A DNA stretch of 64,000 nucleotides from a virus (lineage: Duplodnaviria; Caudoviricetes): positions 916 to 64,915 of IMG/VR virus record IMGVR_UViG_2891407665_000023; one strand, written 5' to 3'. The notes under the pieces were generated by a model. It did no database searches, was not told the DNA's origin, and worked only from the letters and a program-made list of their open reading frames with translations. A program made the translations under genes and the position numbers. Shown here piece by piece: positions 18,034 to 27,888 of the stretch (within the stretch, counting starts at the first letter, position 1; the number at the start of each line of letters is the position of its first letter).

Positions 18034-18235
18034 AGAGATCGTGGAGCGCGTCCGCAGGGAGTACCCTGCGGGGACGCGGGTGGCTCTGGTCAGGATGGAA
18101 GACTGCCAGGCCCCACCGATTGGGACGGAGGGCGTGGTGGAAGGGGTGGACGACACGGCTTCTTTGATGGTCCGCTGGAGCAACGGCTCCCACCTCCATG
18201 TGATCTACGGTGAGGACGAAGTCCGCAAGATATAG
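18017..18235 (+). CDS. DUF4314-like protein
   Basis: YPAGTRVALVRMED...PPIGTEGVV..VDD...VRWSNGS.L.VIYGED. Confidence 0.8.
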   Translation: MVFPSKEIVERVRREYPAGTRVALVRMEDCQAPPIGTEGVVEGVDDTASLMVRWSNGSHLHVIYGEDEVRKI

Positions 18236-18253
18236 TGGGAGAAACCCATAAAC

Positions 18254-18333
18254 TACACAAAATACGGCATCAAACCTTGTGTACTTTATACCCGTAATTG
18301 ACTTGCTATTATCCCCTTTTAGAGCGAATATGT
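18254..18333 (+). promoter_or_regulatory. Cassette promoter module copy B
   Basis: TACACAA-N16-TTGTGTA-N18-CTTGCTATT-N11-GAGCGAATATGT. Confidence 0.75.
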
Positions 18334-18379
18334 GTACTACCGAAAGGGAAAACAAAAAAACAAAACGGAGGTACACACC

Positions 18380-18748
18380 ATGACGAGGATCGAACTTTTT
18401 GAGAAGGCCATCGCAGAGAAAGCAGCAAGCCTTAAGGAATGGGGGATCAACCCGACACTGTTCTGGGCATACCGCAACAGCATCACGGCAGGCAACGACA
18501 GGATAGACTTCGGCGAGACCATCTGGGACAGCGAGGTCGGGGAGATCACGGAAACGCTGAAGGAGAACGGCATCACCGAGTTCACCATCAGCAGCACCTT
18601 TTCCAGCCTGATCCCGACGCTTGCGGAATTTGCAAAGTACGGCTTCCAGATGGCGGGGCTGACCGAAGTGAAGGCGAACTACACGGACTTCCAGACCCAG
18701 GAGCGGGCGGTTATTCCGGCGATCCGGATGGCGACGGAAGAAGCGTAA
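18380..18748 (+). CDS. Small phage hypothetical protein (DUF7698-like)
   Basis: GGAGG RBS; GINPTLFWAYRNS...FTISSTFS. Confidence 0.75.
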   Translation: MTRIELFEKAIAEKAASLKEWGINPTLFWAYRNSITAGNDRIDFGETIWDSEVGEITETLKENGITEFTISSTFSSLIPTLAEFAKYGFQMAGLTEVKANYTDFQTQERAVIPAIRMATEEA

Positions 18749-18858
18749 GGCACGGGGCGGCCTGCCGGGAAGGAAAACCGGCAGGCCAGAAGCCCCGGAA
18801 AAACGGGAAGGCAAAAAATACATCCGCAGGGCAGTGCGGGGCGAAGGAGGATTTTTTT

Positions 18859-19179
18859 ATGGCAGGGATGAAATGGTATAAAGTATGGCTGGTGGTTCCG
18901 GGGACGGACGGGGATGCGGAAAACGGCCCCTGTGAGCCGGAATGGTGGAACGACATGGAGCAGGCCCCCGATGGGGAAACGGCAGTCCGTCAGGCCAACG
19001 AAAAGGCCCGGAGGCAGTGGGAGGAGCCGAACCAGTATGAGCCTGGGGTGGAGGCGCCGTCGGACAGGGAGATGGGGCAGGAATGCCCGGTCTGCACCGG
19101 GGCGGCGGAAGTCACCGACGAGGAATACGCGGAGTGGAAAAGAGAGATGGAAGAGCCGGTGGAGCTTCCGTTCCAATAG
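18859..19179 (+). CDS. Small acidic hypothetical protein
   Basis: AAGGAGG RBS before ATG 18859; MAGMKWYKVWL... Confidence 0.7.
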   Translation: MAGMKWYKVWLVVPGTDGDAENGPCEPEWWNDMEQAPDGETAVRQANEKARRQWEEPNQYEPGVEAPSDREMGQECPVCTGAAEVTDEEYAEWKREMEEPVELPFQ

Positions 19180-19240
19180 CATCCAGGCGGGTTTTCCGCA
19201 GGGCAACCGGGCCGGAAGGCTCTTTTGCCCGTGGCAGATA

Positions 19241-19320
19241 TACACAGTTTCCCCAGCAGATATTTGTGTACGTTATGCTCCGGATTTGCTTGCAATTATC
19301 GGCATTTAGAGCGAATATGT
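19241..19320 (+). promoter_or_regulatory. Cassette promoter module copy C
   Basis: TACACAG-N16-TTGTGTA-N18-CTTGCAATT-N11-GAGCGAATATGT. Confidence 0.75.
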
Positions 19321-19368
19321 GTACTACCGAAAGGGAAAACAAAAAAAAGAAAACGGAGGACACAGACC

Positions 19369-19644
19369 ATGAAGATCAACGATGCAATGAGAACCTACAG
19401 ACTGCCGAACCCCACCACGCCGGAAGATTTGGAGTGCAGATGGAGCAAGCTGCTGACCTTTGGCGACAGGGTGGTCATCGCCGGGTACTTTTTCAACGGC
19501 CCGAACAAGCCCTGCTACTTCGGGGCGGTTTACGAATTCCTGGGCGACGACCATACATGCGAAGGAGACATCGGACTCCGGGCGGCAAGCGGAGTCGAGT
19601 TCGAGGATGACGGACACGCAATCGCCTGGGCGATGCAGCAGTAA
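19369..19644 (+). CDS. Small hypothetical protein
   Basis: GGAGG RBS; MKINDAMRTYRLPNPTTPEDLECRW... Confidence 0.75.
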   Translation: MKINDAMRTYRLPNPTTPEDLECRWSKLLTFGDRVVIAGYFFNGPNKPCYFGAVYEFLGDDHTCEGDIGLRAASGVEFEDDGHAIAWAMQQ

Positions 19645-19757
19645 ACGAAAAACGGAGCATTACAAGAACGGAGCCGGAAGGCTCTGCATCTTGTACTGAT
19701 AGATTGGGCTTGCCGCTGGCAGGCCATTTTTGATGCCATCTTCCGGAGGTGATGCCG

Positions 19758-21365
19758 ATGGCAATGCGGAAACTGAAAAAATACAGGCCGACGAAGTTCA
19801 AGGCGAAGGACAGCCGCTATGATAAGGATGCCGCCGATTTTGCCGTGATGTTCATCGAGAGCCTCTGCCACACCAAGGGGACATGGGCGGGGAAGCCCTT
19901 TGAGCTGATCGACTGGCAGGAGCAGATCATCCGGGACATTTTCGGCACCCTGAAACCGAACGGCTACCGGCAGTTCAACACGGCCTATGTGGAGATCCCG
20001 AAGAAGCAGGGGAAGTCGGAGCTTGCCGCCGCCGTGGCGCTGCTTCTGACCTGCGGGGACGGGGAGGAACGCGCCGAGGTGTACGGGTGCGCCGCCGACC
20101 GGCAGCAGGCCACCATCGTTTTTGATGTTGCCGCTGATATGGTGCGGATGTGTCCCGCCCTTTCCAAGCGGGTGAAGATACTCGCCTCGCAGAAGCGGAT
20201 CATATACACGCCCACCAATTCCTTCTACCAGGTGCTTTCGGCAGAAGCGTATTCCAAGCACGGCTTCAACATCCACGGCGTGGTGTTCGACGAGCTGCAC
20301 ACGCAGCCGAACCGGAAGCTGTTTGACGTCATGACTAAGGGCTCCGGGGACGCCAGGATGCAGCCGCTGTATTTCCTCATCACCACAGCGGGGACGGACA
20401 CCCATTCCATCTGCTACGAGACGCACCAGAAGGCGAAGGACATCCTGGAGGGAAGGAAGATCGACCCGACCTTCTATCCCGTCATCTACGGCGCGGATGA
20501 GGCGGACGACTGGACGGACCCGAAGGTTTGGAAGAAGGCGAACCCCTCGCTGAACATCACGGTGGGGATTGACAAGGTGGAGGCCGCCTGCGAGTCGGCA
20601 AAGCAGAACCCCGGCGAGGAGAACAGCTTCCGGCAGCTCCGCCTGAACCAGTGGGTGAAACAGGCGGTGCGGTGGATGCCCATGGACCGGTGGGACGCCT
20701 GCGCCTTCCCCGTTTCCGAGGACGGCCTGGAAGGGCGCGTCTGCTACGGCGGGCTGGACTTGTCCTCCACCACGGACATCACGGCGTTCGTGCTGGTGTT
20801 CCCGCCGTTAGATGAGGAGGACAAATACTGCATCCTGCCGTACTTCTGGGTGCCGGAACAAACGCTGGAGCTGCGTGTGAGGCGCGACCATGTTCCCTAC
20901 GATGTGTGGGAGCGGCAGGGGAAGCTGATGACCACGGAGGGGAACGTGGTGCATTATGGCTATATCGAAAAGTTCATCGAGCGGCTTGGGGAGCGGTTCA
21001 ACATCCGGGAGATCGCCTTCGACCGGTGGGGCGCGGTGCAGATGGTGCAGAACCTGGAGGGCATGGGCTTCACGGTGGTCCCGTTCGGGCAGGGCTTCAA
21101 GGATATGTCCCCGCCGACTAAGGAGCTGATGAAGCTGGTGCTGGAGCAGATGGTTGCCCATGGCGGGCATCCGGTCCTTCGGTGGATGATGGACAACATC
21201 TTCATCCGCACCGACCCGGCGGGGAACATCAAAGCGGACAAGGAAAAGTCCACGGAGAAGATTGACGGGGCGGTGGCCGCCATCATGGGGCTTGACCGGG
21301 CGATCCGCTGCGGGAACGTCTCCTCGGAAAGCGTCTACGACACCCGCGGGCTCCTCATCCTGTAG
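19758..21365 (+). CDS. terL: Terminase large subunit
   Basis: PKKQGKSEL Walker A; VVFDELH Walker B; GGLDLSSTTD; EKIDGAVA. Confidence 0.95.
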   Translation: MAMRKLKKYRPTKFKAKDSRYDKDAADFAVMFIESLCHTKGTWAGKPFELIDWQEQIIRDIFGTLKPNGYRQFNTAYVEIPKKQGKSELAAAVALLLTCGDGEERAEVYGCAADRQQATIVFDVAADMVRMCPALSKRVKILASQKRIIYTPTNSFYQVLSAEAYSKHGFNIHGVVFDELHTQPNRKLFDVMTKGSGDARMQPLYFLITTAGTDTHSICYETHQKAKDILEGRKIDPTFYPVIYGADEADDWTDPKVWKKANPSLNITVGIDKVEAACESAKQNPGEENSFRQLRLNQWVKQAVRWMPMDRWDACAFPVSEDGLEGRVCYGGLDLSSTTDITAFVLVFPPLDEEDKYCILPYFWVPEQTLELRVRRDHVPYDVWERQGKLMTTEGNVVHYGYIEKFIERLGERFNIREIAFDRWGAVQMVQNLEGMGFTVVPFGQGFKDMSPPTKELMKLVLEQMVAHGGHPVLRWMMDNIFIRTDPAGNIKADKEKSTEKIDGAVAAIMGLDRAIRCGNVSSESVYDTRGLLIL

Positions 21366-21373
21366 CGGTAAAA

Positions 21374-21453
21374 TGTACAAATCCCGCCGTGGATGTTTGT
21401 GCATGATACGGCTGTATTCTGCTTGCTATTCTGCGGCTTCAGAGCGAATATGT
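21374..21453 (+). promoter_or_regulatory. Cassette promoter module copy D
   Basis: TGTACAA-N16-TTGTGCA-N18-CTTGCTATT-N11-GAGCGAATATGT. Confidence 0.75.
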
Positions 21454-21500
21454 CACTTACCGGGAGGGCATCCCGGAAAACAGGAAACGGAGGTACTGTG

Positions 21501-21665
21501 ATGAGGGCATACGGAGAGATGGAGCAGCACGGGAAATACACGCTGGAGGATTTCGGCGGCTGGTCGAGGAACCATACCAAAGCGGCGTCCATCCGCAGGT
21601 GGAAGCGGCCGCTGAAAAAGAGGGCGAGGCAGGTGTGCCGAGCCGCGCTGAGACGGCTGGTCTGA
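21501..21665 (+). CDS. Small basic hypothetical protein (54 aa)
   Basis: GGAGG RBS; MRAYGEMEQHGK...RRWKRPLKKRARQ. Confidence 0.6.
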   Translation: MRAYGEMEQHGKYTLEDFGGWSRNHTKAASIRRWKRPLKKRARQVCRAALRRLV

Positions 21666-21686
21666 GCGGCTTTCCGGGGCATAATT

Positions 21687-21766
21687 TACACAAAAACTGC
21701 CCCGGATGTTTGTGTAAATTATGCCAGTAATTGACTTGCTATCCTGGGCATTCAGAGCGAATATGT
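21687..21766 (+). promoter_or_regulatory. Cassette promoter module copy E
   Basis: TACACAA-N16-TTGTGTA-N18-CTTGCTATC-N11-GAGCGAATATGT. Confidence 0.75.
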
Positions 21767-21808
21767 GTACTACCGAAAGGCAAATTAAAAAAAACGGAGG
21801 TAGCGCAC

Positions 21809-21994
21809 ATGAAAGTACACGAATTTATGGAGAAACACGGGATCGGCGAGTCAAGGGTGAGGATTTTTGACGCGGAGCTTGGGAAAGAGATATGCGGGAT
21901 TTTCGAGACGGGGCTCTATTACGACTGCGAAGTGTCCGGGGCATACCCGGCGGGCAGGAACACGGTTTTAGAGGTCGCATCAGTAAACGGCTAA
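21809..21994 (+). CDS. Small hypothetical protein (61 aa)
   Basis: GGAGG RBS; MKVHEFMEKHG...; followed by a GC-rich hairpin at ~22008-22033. Confidence 0.65.
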   Translation: MKVHEFMEKHGIGESRVRIFDAELGKEICGIFETGLYYDCEVSGAYPAGRNTVLEVASVNG

Positions 21995-22067
21995 GACAGG
22001 AAGGCACGGGGGCGCTGCTTCGGCGGCGCCTTCCTGCTGTCCGTTTTTGGAAAGGAGCGTGGTTTTT

Positions 22068-23414
22068 ATGGGATTATTCAGCGGCTTGTTCCGGGCGAGG
22101 GATGCTCCCCAGAACAGGACGTCGGGGAGCGCCTACAGCTTTTTCCTTGGGAACAGCACCAGCGGGAAAAGGGTGAACGAGCGCACCTCCATGCAGATGA
22201 CGGCGGTGTACTCCTGCGTCCGGATTCTTTCCGAGGCGGTGGCGGGGCTGCCGCTTCACTTTTATAGATACACGGACAATGGCGGGAAGGAGAAAGCAGC
22301 GGACCATCCGCTGTATTTTCTGCTCCATGACGAACCGAACCCGGAGATGACTTCCTTCGTATTCCGGGAGACGCTGATGACGCACCTGCTCCTTTGGGGG
22401 AACGCCTACTCGCAGATCATCCGAAATGGCAAGGGCGAGGTCATCGGGCTGTACCCGCTGATGCCGGACCGGATGGGCGTGGAGCGGGACTCCAAAGGGC
22501 AGCTCTATTACGAATACACGGTCAGCATGGAGGACGCGCCCACGGTGAAGGGCAGCACGGTGATCCTGCCGCCCACGGAGGTGCTGCACATCCCCGGCCT
22601 TGGCTTTGACGGGCTGGTGGGCTATTCCCCCATTGCCATGGCAAAGAACGCCATCGGCATGGCGATAGCCTGCGAGGAGTACGGGGCGAAGTTCTTCGCC
22701 AACGGCGCACAGCCGAGCGGCGTGCTGGAGCATCCGGGGACCATCAAAGACCCAAGCCGTGTGCGTGAGAGCTGGCAGTCTACCTTCGGCGGCAGCCACA
22801 ACGCTAACAAGGTGGCCGTTTTGGAGGAGGGGATGAAATACACTCCGATCTCCATCTCGCCAGAACAGGCGCAGTTTCTGGAAACGAGGAAGTTCCAGAT
22901 TAATGAAATCGCACGGATATTCCGTGTGCCTCCCCACATGGTGGGCGACCTGGAAAAGAGCAGCTTCTCCAACATCGAGCAGCAGAGCCTTGAGTTCGTG
23001 AAATACACCCTGGACCCGTGGGTGTCGAGGTGGGAGCAGTCCATGGCGCGTTCGCTGCTGACGGCAGAGGAGAAAAAGAAATATTTTGTGAAGTTCAACG
23101 TGGACGGCCTGCTCCGGGGCGATTACCAGAGCCGCATGAACGGGTACGCCGTGGGGCGGCAGAACGGGTGGATGTCGGCAAACGACATCCGGGAGCTTGA
23201 GAACCTTGACCGCATCCCGGAGGATGTGGGCGGCGACCTGTACCTCATCAACGGGAACATGATGCCGCTTTCCATGTCCGGGGCGGCATATCAAAAAGGG
23301 AAGGAGGAACCCAATGAAGACGAAGAAGTTCTGGAACTGGAAGAAAGTGAAAAACCAGGAAACGGGGGCGGAAGAGCGCATCCTGGAACTGAGCGGCACC
23401 ATCGCGGAAGATAG
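22068..23414 (+). CDS. Portal protein (HK97 family)
   Basis: AVYSCVRILSE; GNAY; IARIFRVPPHM; position after terL. Confidence 0.95.
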   Translation: MGLFSGLFRARDAPQNRTSGSAYSFFLGNSTSGKRVNERTSMQMTAVYSCVRILSEAVAGLPLHFYRYTDNGGKEKAADHPLYFLLHDEPNPEMTSFVFRETLMTHLLLWGNAYSQIIRNGKGEVIGLYPLMPDRMGVERDSKGQLYYEYTVSMEDAPTVKGSTVILPPTEVLHIPGLGFDGLVGYSPIAMAKNAIGMAIACEEYGAKFFANGAQPSGVLEHPGTIKDPSRVRESWQSTFGGSHNANKVAVLEEGMKYTPISISPEQAQFLETRKFQINEIARIFRVPPHMVGDLEKSSFSNIEQQSLEFVKYTLDPWVSRWEQSMARSLLTAEEKKKYFVKFNVDGLLRGDYQSRMNGYAVGRQNGWMSANDIRELENLDRIPEDVGGDLYLINGNMMPLSMSGAAYQKGKEEPNEDEEVLELEESEKPGNGGGRAHPGTERHHRGR

Positions 23415-24144
23415 CTGGTTTGACGATGACGTCACGCCGCAGCTTTTCAAGGATGAGCTGAATGCCGGGAGCGGTGACATTACCGTGTGGATCAACTCGC
23501 CAGGTGGCGACTGCGTGGCGGCGGCACAGATCTATAACATGCTCTCAAACTACAAAGGAAAAGTCACAGTAAAGATAGACGGCATCGCCGCAAGCGCCGC
23601 CAGTGTGATCGCCATGGCGGGCGACACCGTCCTGGTATCCCCCGTTTCCATGCTTATGATCCACAACCCTGCCACCATGGCCTGGGGCGACCATGCCGAG
23701 ATGCAGAAGGCCATGGATATGCTCTCCGAGGTGAAGGAATCCATCATCAACGCCTATGTGCTGAAGACCGGGCTTTCCCGGCCGAAGCTGTCGCACCTGA
23801 TGGATGCGGAGACCTGGATGGACGCGAACAAGGCGGTGGAGCTTGGCTTTGCGGATGACATCATGGCACGGGCAAAAACAGGGCCGGGGGAAGATGGCGA
23901 GGGGGATACGGACGGGGAAGAAAAGAAATCCCCTTCTGCCCACAGCTCCATGCTGTTCTCCCGCAGGGCGGCGGACAATGCCCTGCTGAACAAGGTCATT
24001 GCCAAATACGGGGAGAAAAAGCCAAAGCCGGGCATCGGGGAGCAGGCGAAGATTCCCGCGTCAGGGGAGAAGACTGCACCGGAAACAGAAACCGGCCGTT
24101 CCGTGGACGCACTCATGGAGCGGCTTAATTTATTAAAGCGATGA
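23314..24144 (+). CDS. ClpP-like head maturation protease
   Basis: WINSPGGD, AASAASVIAMAG, MIHNP, ETWM. Confidence 0.93.
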   Translation: MKTKKFWNWKKVKNQETGAEERILELSGTIAEDSWFDDDVTPQLFKDELNAGSGDITVWINSPGGDCVAAAQIYNMLSNYKGKVTVKIDGIAASAASVIAMAGDTVLVSPVSMLMIHNPATMAWGDHAEMQKAMDMLSEVKESIINAYVLKTGLSRPKLSHLMDAETWMDANKAVELGFADDIMARAKTGPGEDGEGDTDGEEKKSPSAHSSMLFSRRAADNALLNKVIAKYGEKKPKPGIGEQAKIPASGEKTAPETETGRSVDALMERLNLLKR

Positions 24145-24160
24145 GAAGGAGGATTCCATT

Positions 24161-25381
24161 ATGACGATTCTGGAACTGCGTGAGAAACGCGCGAAGGCAT
24201 GGGAGGCGGCAAAGGCGTTTTTAGATTCCCACAGGAAGGAGAACGGTGTCCTTTCCGCAGAGGATGACGCCGCATACACGAGGATGGAGCAGGAGATCAC
24301 GGACCTTGGGAAAGAGATCGCAAGGCTGGAGCGGCAGGAGGCTCTTGACGCAGAACTGAACCGCCCGGTCAACAAGCCCCTCACGGGGAAGCCGGGCGGA
24401 AAGGCGGACGCGGACGGCGGGGAGGATAAGGCCGGGCGGGCTTCCGACGACTACCGGAAGAACTTCTGGAATGTGATGCGCTCCAAGGTTCCGATGCCCG
24501 CGGTCACCAACGCCCTGCAGGTCGGCACGGACTCCGAGGGCGGCTACCTGGTGCCGGATGAGTATGAGAGGACGCTGGTGGAGGCTCTGGAGGAGGAGAA
24601 CATCTTCCGCCAGATGGCGAAGGTCATCAAGACCTCCAGCGGCGACAGGAAGATCCCGGTGGTGGCTTCCAAAGGCACGGCGTCCTGGATTGACGAGGAG
24701 GGCGCAATCCCGGAGAGCGACGACGCATTTGGGCAGGTCTCCATCGGGGCGTATAAGCTGGGGACGATGATCAAGGTCTCCGAGGAGCTGTTAAACGACA
24801 GCGTCTTTGACCTGCAGTCCTATATCTCCCGCGAGTTTGCCCGCAGGATCGGGGCGAGGGAAGAGGAGGCGTTCTTCAATGGGGACGGCAAGGGCAAGCC
24901 GTTAGGGGTGCTTGCGGCCGCAGGAGGCGCGGAAACGGGCGCGACCGCGGCATCCGCCACGGCCGTGACGGCAGATGAGCTGATGGATTTATTCTATTCG
25001 CTGAAAGCCCCGTACCGCAGGAAGTCCGTGTGGGTGTTAAATGATTCCACCATCAAGGCCATCCGGAAGCTGAAGGACAATAACGGGCAGTACCTGTGGC
25101 AGCCGTCCCTGACAGCCGGGACGCCGGACATGATCTTAGGCCGCCCCATCAAGACCTCGGCGTATATGCCGGCCATGGCCGCGGGCGCAAAGACCATCGC
25201 TTTCGGTGATTTCAGCTACTATTGGATTGCTGACAGGCAGGGGCGTTCTTTCAAGCGCCTGAATGAGCTGTTCGCGGCGACCGGGCAGGTGGGCTTCCTA
25301 GCCACGCAGCGTGTGGACGGCAAGCTGATCCTTGCGGAAGCGGTGAAGGTGCTGGCGCAGAAAGCGGCATCCGGCTCATAA
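24161..25381 (+). CDS. Major capsid protein (HK97 fold)
   Basis: GGYLVPDEY; ELLNDSVFDL; FGDFSYYWIADR; RVDGKL. Confidence 0.95.
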   Translation: MTILELREKRAKAWEAAKAFLDSHRKENGVLSAEDDAAYTRMEQEITDLGKEIARLERQEALDAELNRPVNKPLTGKPGGKADADGGEDKAGRASDDYRKNFWNVMRSKVPMPAVTNALQVGTDSEGGYLVPDEYERTLVEALEEENIFRQMAKVIKTSSGDRKIPVVASKGTASWIDEEGAIPESDDAFGQVSIGAYKLGTMIKVSEELLNDSVFDLQSYISREFARRIGAREEEAFFNGDGKGKPLGVLAAAGGAETGATAASATAVTADELMDLFYSLKAPYRRKSVWVLNDSTIKAIRKLKDNNGQYLWQPSLTAGTPDMILGRPIKTSAYMPAMAAGAKTIAFGDFSYYWIADRQGRSFKRLNELFAATGQVGFLATQRVDGKLILAEAVKVLAQKAASGS

Positions 25382-25414
25382 AAAATACAGATTTTGATGG
25401 AAGGCGGTGGCGGC

Positions 25415-25690
25415 ATGGTGGTGACGCTTAACGAGATGAAGAACTACCTCCGTGTGGACTATGACGAGGACGACGCCCTGATTGAAAGCATCATCGGGGC
25501 GTCGGAACGCCTCTGCATGGACGTGGCGCGGATGGATTCACTGGAAGAGTTTTCTGCCGTGGAGAACGCAAAAATCTCCGTGCTGTATGCGGCGGCCTAC
25601 CTCTACGAACACCGGGAGGAGGCCGACCACCGCGCCCTCACGCTCACCCTGCGGGCATTGCTCTTTGGGGCAAGGAAGGAGGCGTTCTGA
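25415..25690 (+). CDS. Head-tail connector (gp6-like)
   Basis: LNEMKNYLRVDYDEDDALIE...YLYEHRE. Confidence 0.88.
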   Translation: MVVTLNEMKNYLRVDYDEDDALIESIIGASERLCMDVARMDSLEEFSAVENAKISVLYAAAYLYEHREEADHRALTLTLRALLFGARKEAF

Positions 25691-26031
25691 TGGATGTGGC
25701 GGCAATGAACGTGCGGATCATGTTCCAGAAAAATGAGGCGGTGTCCGACAGCATCGGAAACCACACAAACACATGGGTGGATTACTATTCCTGCCATGCC
25801 ACAGTCAGCGATTCCCTGGGGAAGTCCTCTGTGGAATCCGAGGCGGCGGGGCAGACCGTGGCGCACCCGGACATCAGCTTCACGGTGCGCTTCTGCCAAA
25901 AGGTGAAAGTCGTGGAAACCACGGGATTCCGTATCTTATGGGACGGCGGCATCTATGACATTTTGAAGGTGGACCATCTGAACAATAAAAAACGGGCATT
26001 GAAATTCAAATGTGAGAAAGCGGGGCGGTGA
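25690..26031 (+). CDS. Head-tail adaptor / head closure protein
   Basis: RIMFQ...FTVRF...RILWDGGIYDI; position in head-tail cluster. Confidence 0.85.
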   Translation: MDVAAMNVRIMFQKNEAVSDSIGNHTNTWVDYYSCHATVSDSLGKSSVESEAAGQTVAHPDISFTVRFCQKVKVVETTGFRILWDGGIYDILKVDHLNNKKRALKFKCEKAGR

Positions 26032-26032
26032 A

Positions 26033-26413
26033 ATGTCAGACAGGGTAAGGATTGACCAGCTCGCGGCCGCAGTGATGGAGGGGCTGACGGAGTATGCGGA
26101 CCTTGCGGCGGATGAGCTGAAAAAGGCAGTAAAGAAGGCGGGGAATTCCGTGAAAAAGGATATCCAGGAGGGAGCGCCGAAAGACACGGGCGCCTATGCG
26201 AAAAGCTGGTCTGTGAAGAACGTGAAGGAGACTTCCAACTCCATTGAGCTGGTGGTGCATTCCAGAAACCGCTACCAGCTCTCGCACCTTCTGGAATTCG
26301 GCCACGCCAAGCGCGGCGGCGGGCGCGTCCCCGGAAAGGCGCATATCGCGCCTGCGGAGGAACGGGCAGGGAGGACGCTGGAGCAGGAGATTGAAAAGGC
26401 TTTAAGGGGGTGA
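26033..26413 (+). CDS. HK97 gp10-family neck protein
   Basis: APKDTGAYAKSW...HLLEFGH. Confidence 0.88.
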   Translation: MSDRVRIDQLAAAVMEGLTEYADLAADELKKAVKKAGNSVKKDIQEGAPKDTGAYAKSWSVKNVKETSNSIELVVHSRNRYQLSHLLEFGHAKRGGGRVPGKAHIAPAEERAGRTLEQEIEKALRG

Positions 26414-26420
26414 TGTATTT

Positions 26421-26738
26421 ATGGAAAAACTTGTAAGCATGATCGCAGAGATGGGAATCCCTTTTGCCTATGACCACTTTGCGGAAGGGGAGTCCCCGGA
26501 GCCGCCGTTCCTCTGCTATCTCATTCCGGGGAGCGACAGCTTTGCGGCGGACGGGAAAGTGTACCACAAGGGCGCGAACATCCATGTGGAGATCTACACC
26601 GATAAGAAAGACCCGGCGTTGGAACAGCGGGTGGAGGATGTGCTGGACACGCACGAGGTCTTCTACAACAAATCGGAAACATGGATCAGCAGCGAGCGGC
26701 TTTATGAAGTTCTGTATATTTTTGGATGGGAGGCATGA
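26421..26738 (+). CDS. Tail completion/terminator protein
   Basis: PFAYDHF...FAADGKVY...EIYTDKKD; position before the major tail gene. Confidence 0.75.
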   Translation: MEKLVSMIAEMGIPFAYDHFAEGESPEPPFLCYLIPGSDSFAADGKVYHKGANIHVEIYTDKKDPALEQRVEDVLDTHEVFYNKSETWISSERLYEVLYIFGWEA

Positions 26739-26741
26739 CGG

Positions 26742-27353
26742 ATGCAGAATAAAAAGAACAAAGTGAAATACAACCTGAAAAACACGCATTATGCGATGCT
26801 CACGGTTTCGGAAGACGGGGCGGTGTCCTATGGCACGCCCATCCCGATGCCCGGCTCCGTGTCCATCTCGCTGGACGCCAACGGCGAGCCGGAAAATTTC
26901 TATGCGGACGGGACGGCCTACTATGTCATCAACAACAACATGGGTTATGACGGCGACCTGGAGCTTGCCATGATCCCAGAGTCTTTCCGCAGGGATGCCT
27001 TACGGGAGGAACTGGATGCCAAAGGAGTATTGATTGAGAACGCCTCGGCGGAGCTTGCGGCCTTCGCACTGCTCTTCGAGTTTGACGGCGACCAGCGGCA
27101 TATCCGCCACGTCCTCTACAACTGCTCCGCATCAAGGCCGGGCATCGAGGGCAAGACCAACGAGGAGAGCCGGGAGGTGCAGACCGAGACGCTGACCGTC
27201 AAGGCAACGCCGCTGGCGGACGGCATGGTGAAAGCGAAGACCGGGGATTCCACGGATGAGACGGTCTATAAGGACTGGTACAAGGCAGTGTATATGCCCA
27301 CGGCGGCTGAAAGCGGCGGTGGAGGACAGGGCAGCGGGGAGGAAACGGCATGA
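26742..27353 (+). CDS. Major tail protein (phi13 family)
   Basis: KVKYNLKNTHYA...FYADG...FALLFEFDGD...RHVLYNC. Confidence 0.9.
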   Translation: MQNKKNKVKYNLKNTHYAMLTVSEDGAVSYGTPIPMPGSVSISLDANGEPENFYADGTAYYVINNNMGYDGDLELAMIPESFRRDALREELDAKGVLIENASAELAAFALLFEFDGDQRHIRHVLYNCSASRPGIEGKTNEESREVQTETLTVKATPLADGMVKAKTGDSTDETVYKDWYKAVYMPTAAESGGGGQGSGEETA

Positions 27354-27727
27354 GCATGACAAGGAAGATCGAGATTGACGGGAAAGAGGTGCCGTTCCGT
27401 GCATCGGCGGCGGTGCCGCGCATCTACCGGATCAAATTCCACCGGGACATCTACAAAGATTTGAGTGCGCTGGAAAAGAGCATCGGGAAGGGTGACGAAG
27501 AAAACTCCAACCTGGATTTATTTTCACTGGAGCTGTTCGAGAACATCGCCTTCATCATGGCGAAGCACGCCGACCCTTCCATCCCGGACACGCCGGAGGA
27601 ATGGCTGGACGGCTTCGGCACATTCTCCATCTACCAGGTGCTGCCGCAGCTCATCGAGCTGTGGGGCTTGAACCTGAAGACGGATGTGGAGGCTAAAAAA
27701 AACTTCGTGCAACTGACCGCCCGATGA
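27350..27727 (+). CDS. Tail assembly chaperone (G-like)
   Basis: Between major tail and tape measure genes; ends after slippery A AAA AAC. Confidence 0.8.
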   Translation: MSMTRKIEIDGKEVPFRASAAVPRIYRIKFHRDIYKDLSALEKSIGKGDEENSNLDLFSLELFENIAFIMAKHADPSIPDTPEEWLDGFGTFSIYQVLPQLIELWGLNLKTDVEAKKNFVQLTAR

Positions 27728-27888
27728 CCACGCCGCTGTTCCTGCTGCGGTGTGTGCAGCTCGGCATCTCCATCCGGGATTTAGATCTGCTGACCATCGG
27801 CATGGTCAACGATATGTACGCGGAGAGCAGCAATGACAGCGCCGACTATTCCATCATCGCGGGGCAGGACGAGTTTGATCTGTTTTAG
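27724..27888 (+). CDS. Tail chaperone -1 frameshift extension (T-like)
   Basis: -1 frame open from slippery heptamer 27697-27703 (LRATDRPMTTPLFLLRC...DEFDLF*). Confidence 0.7.
   Translation: MTTPLFLLRCVQLGISIRDLDLLTIGMVNDMYAESSNDSADYSIIAGQDEFDLF

Noticed and set aside
18254-21780. Repeats as a CRISPR array
   Set aside because: Copies are 0.3-2 kb apart, enclose whole genes and look like promoters; there is no repeat-spacer periodicity and no cas operon
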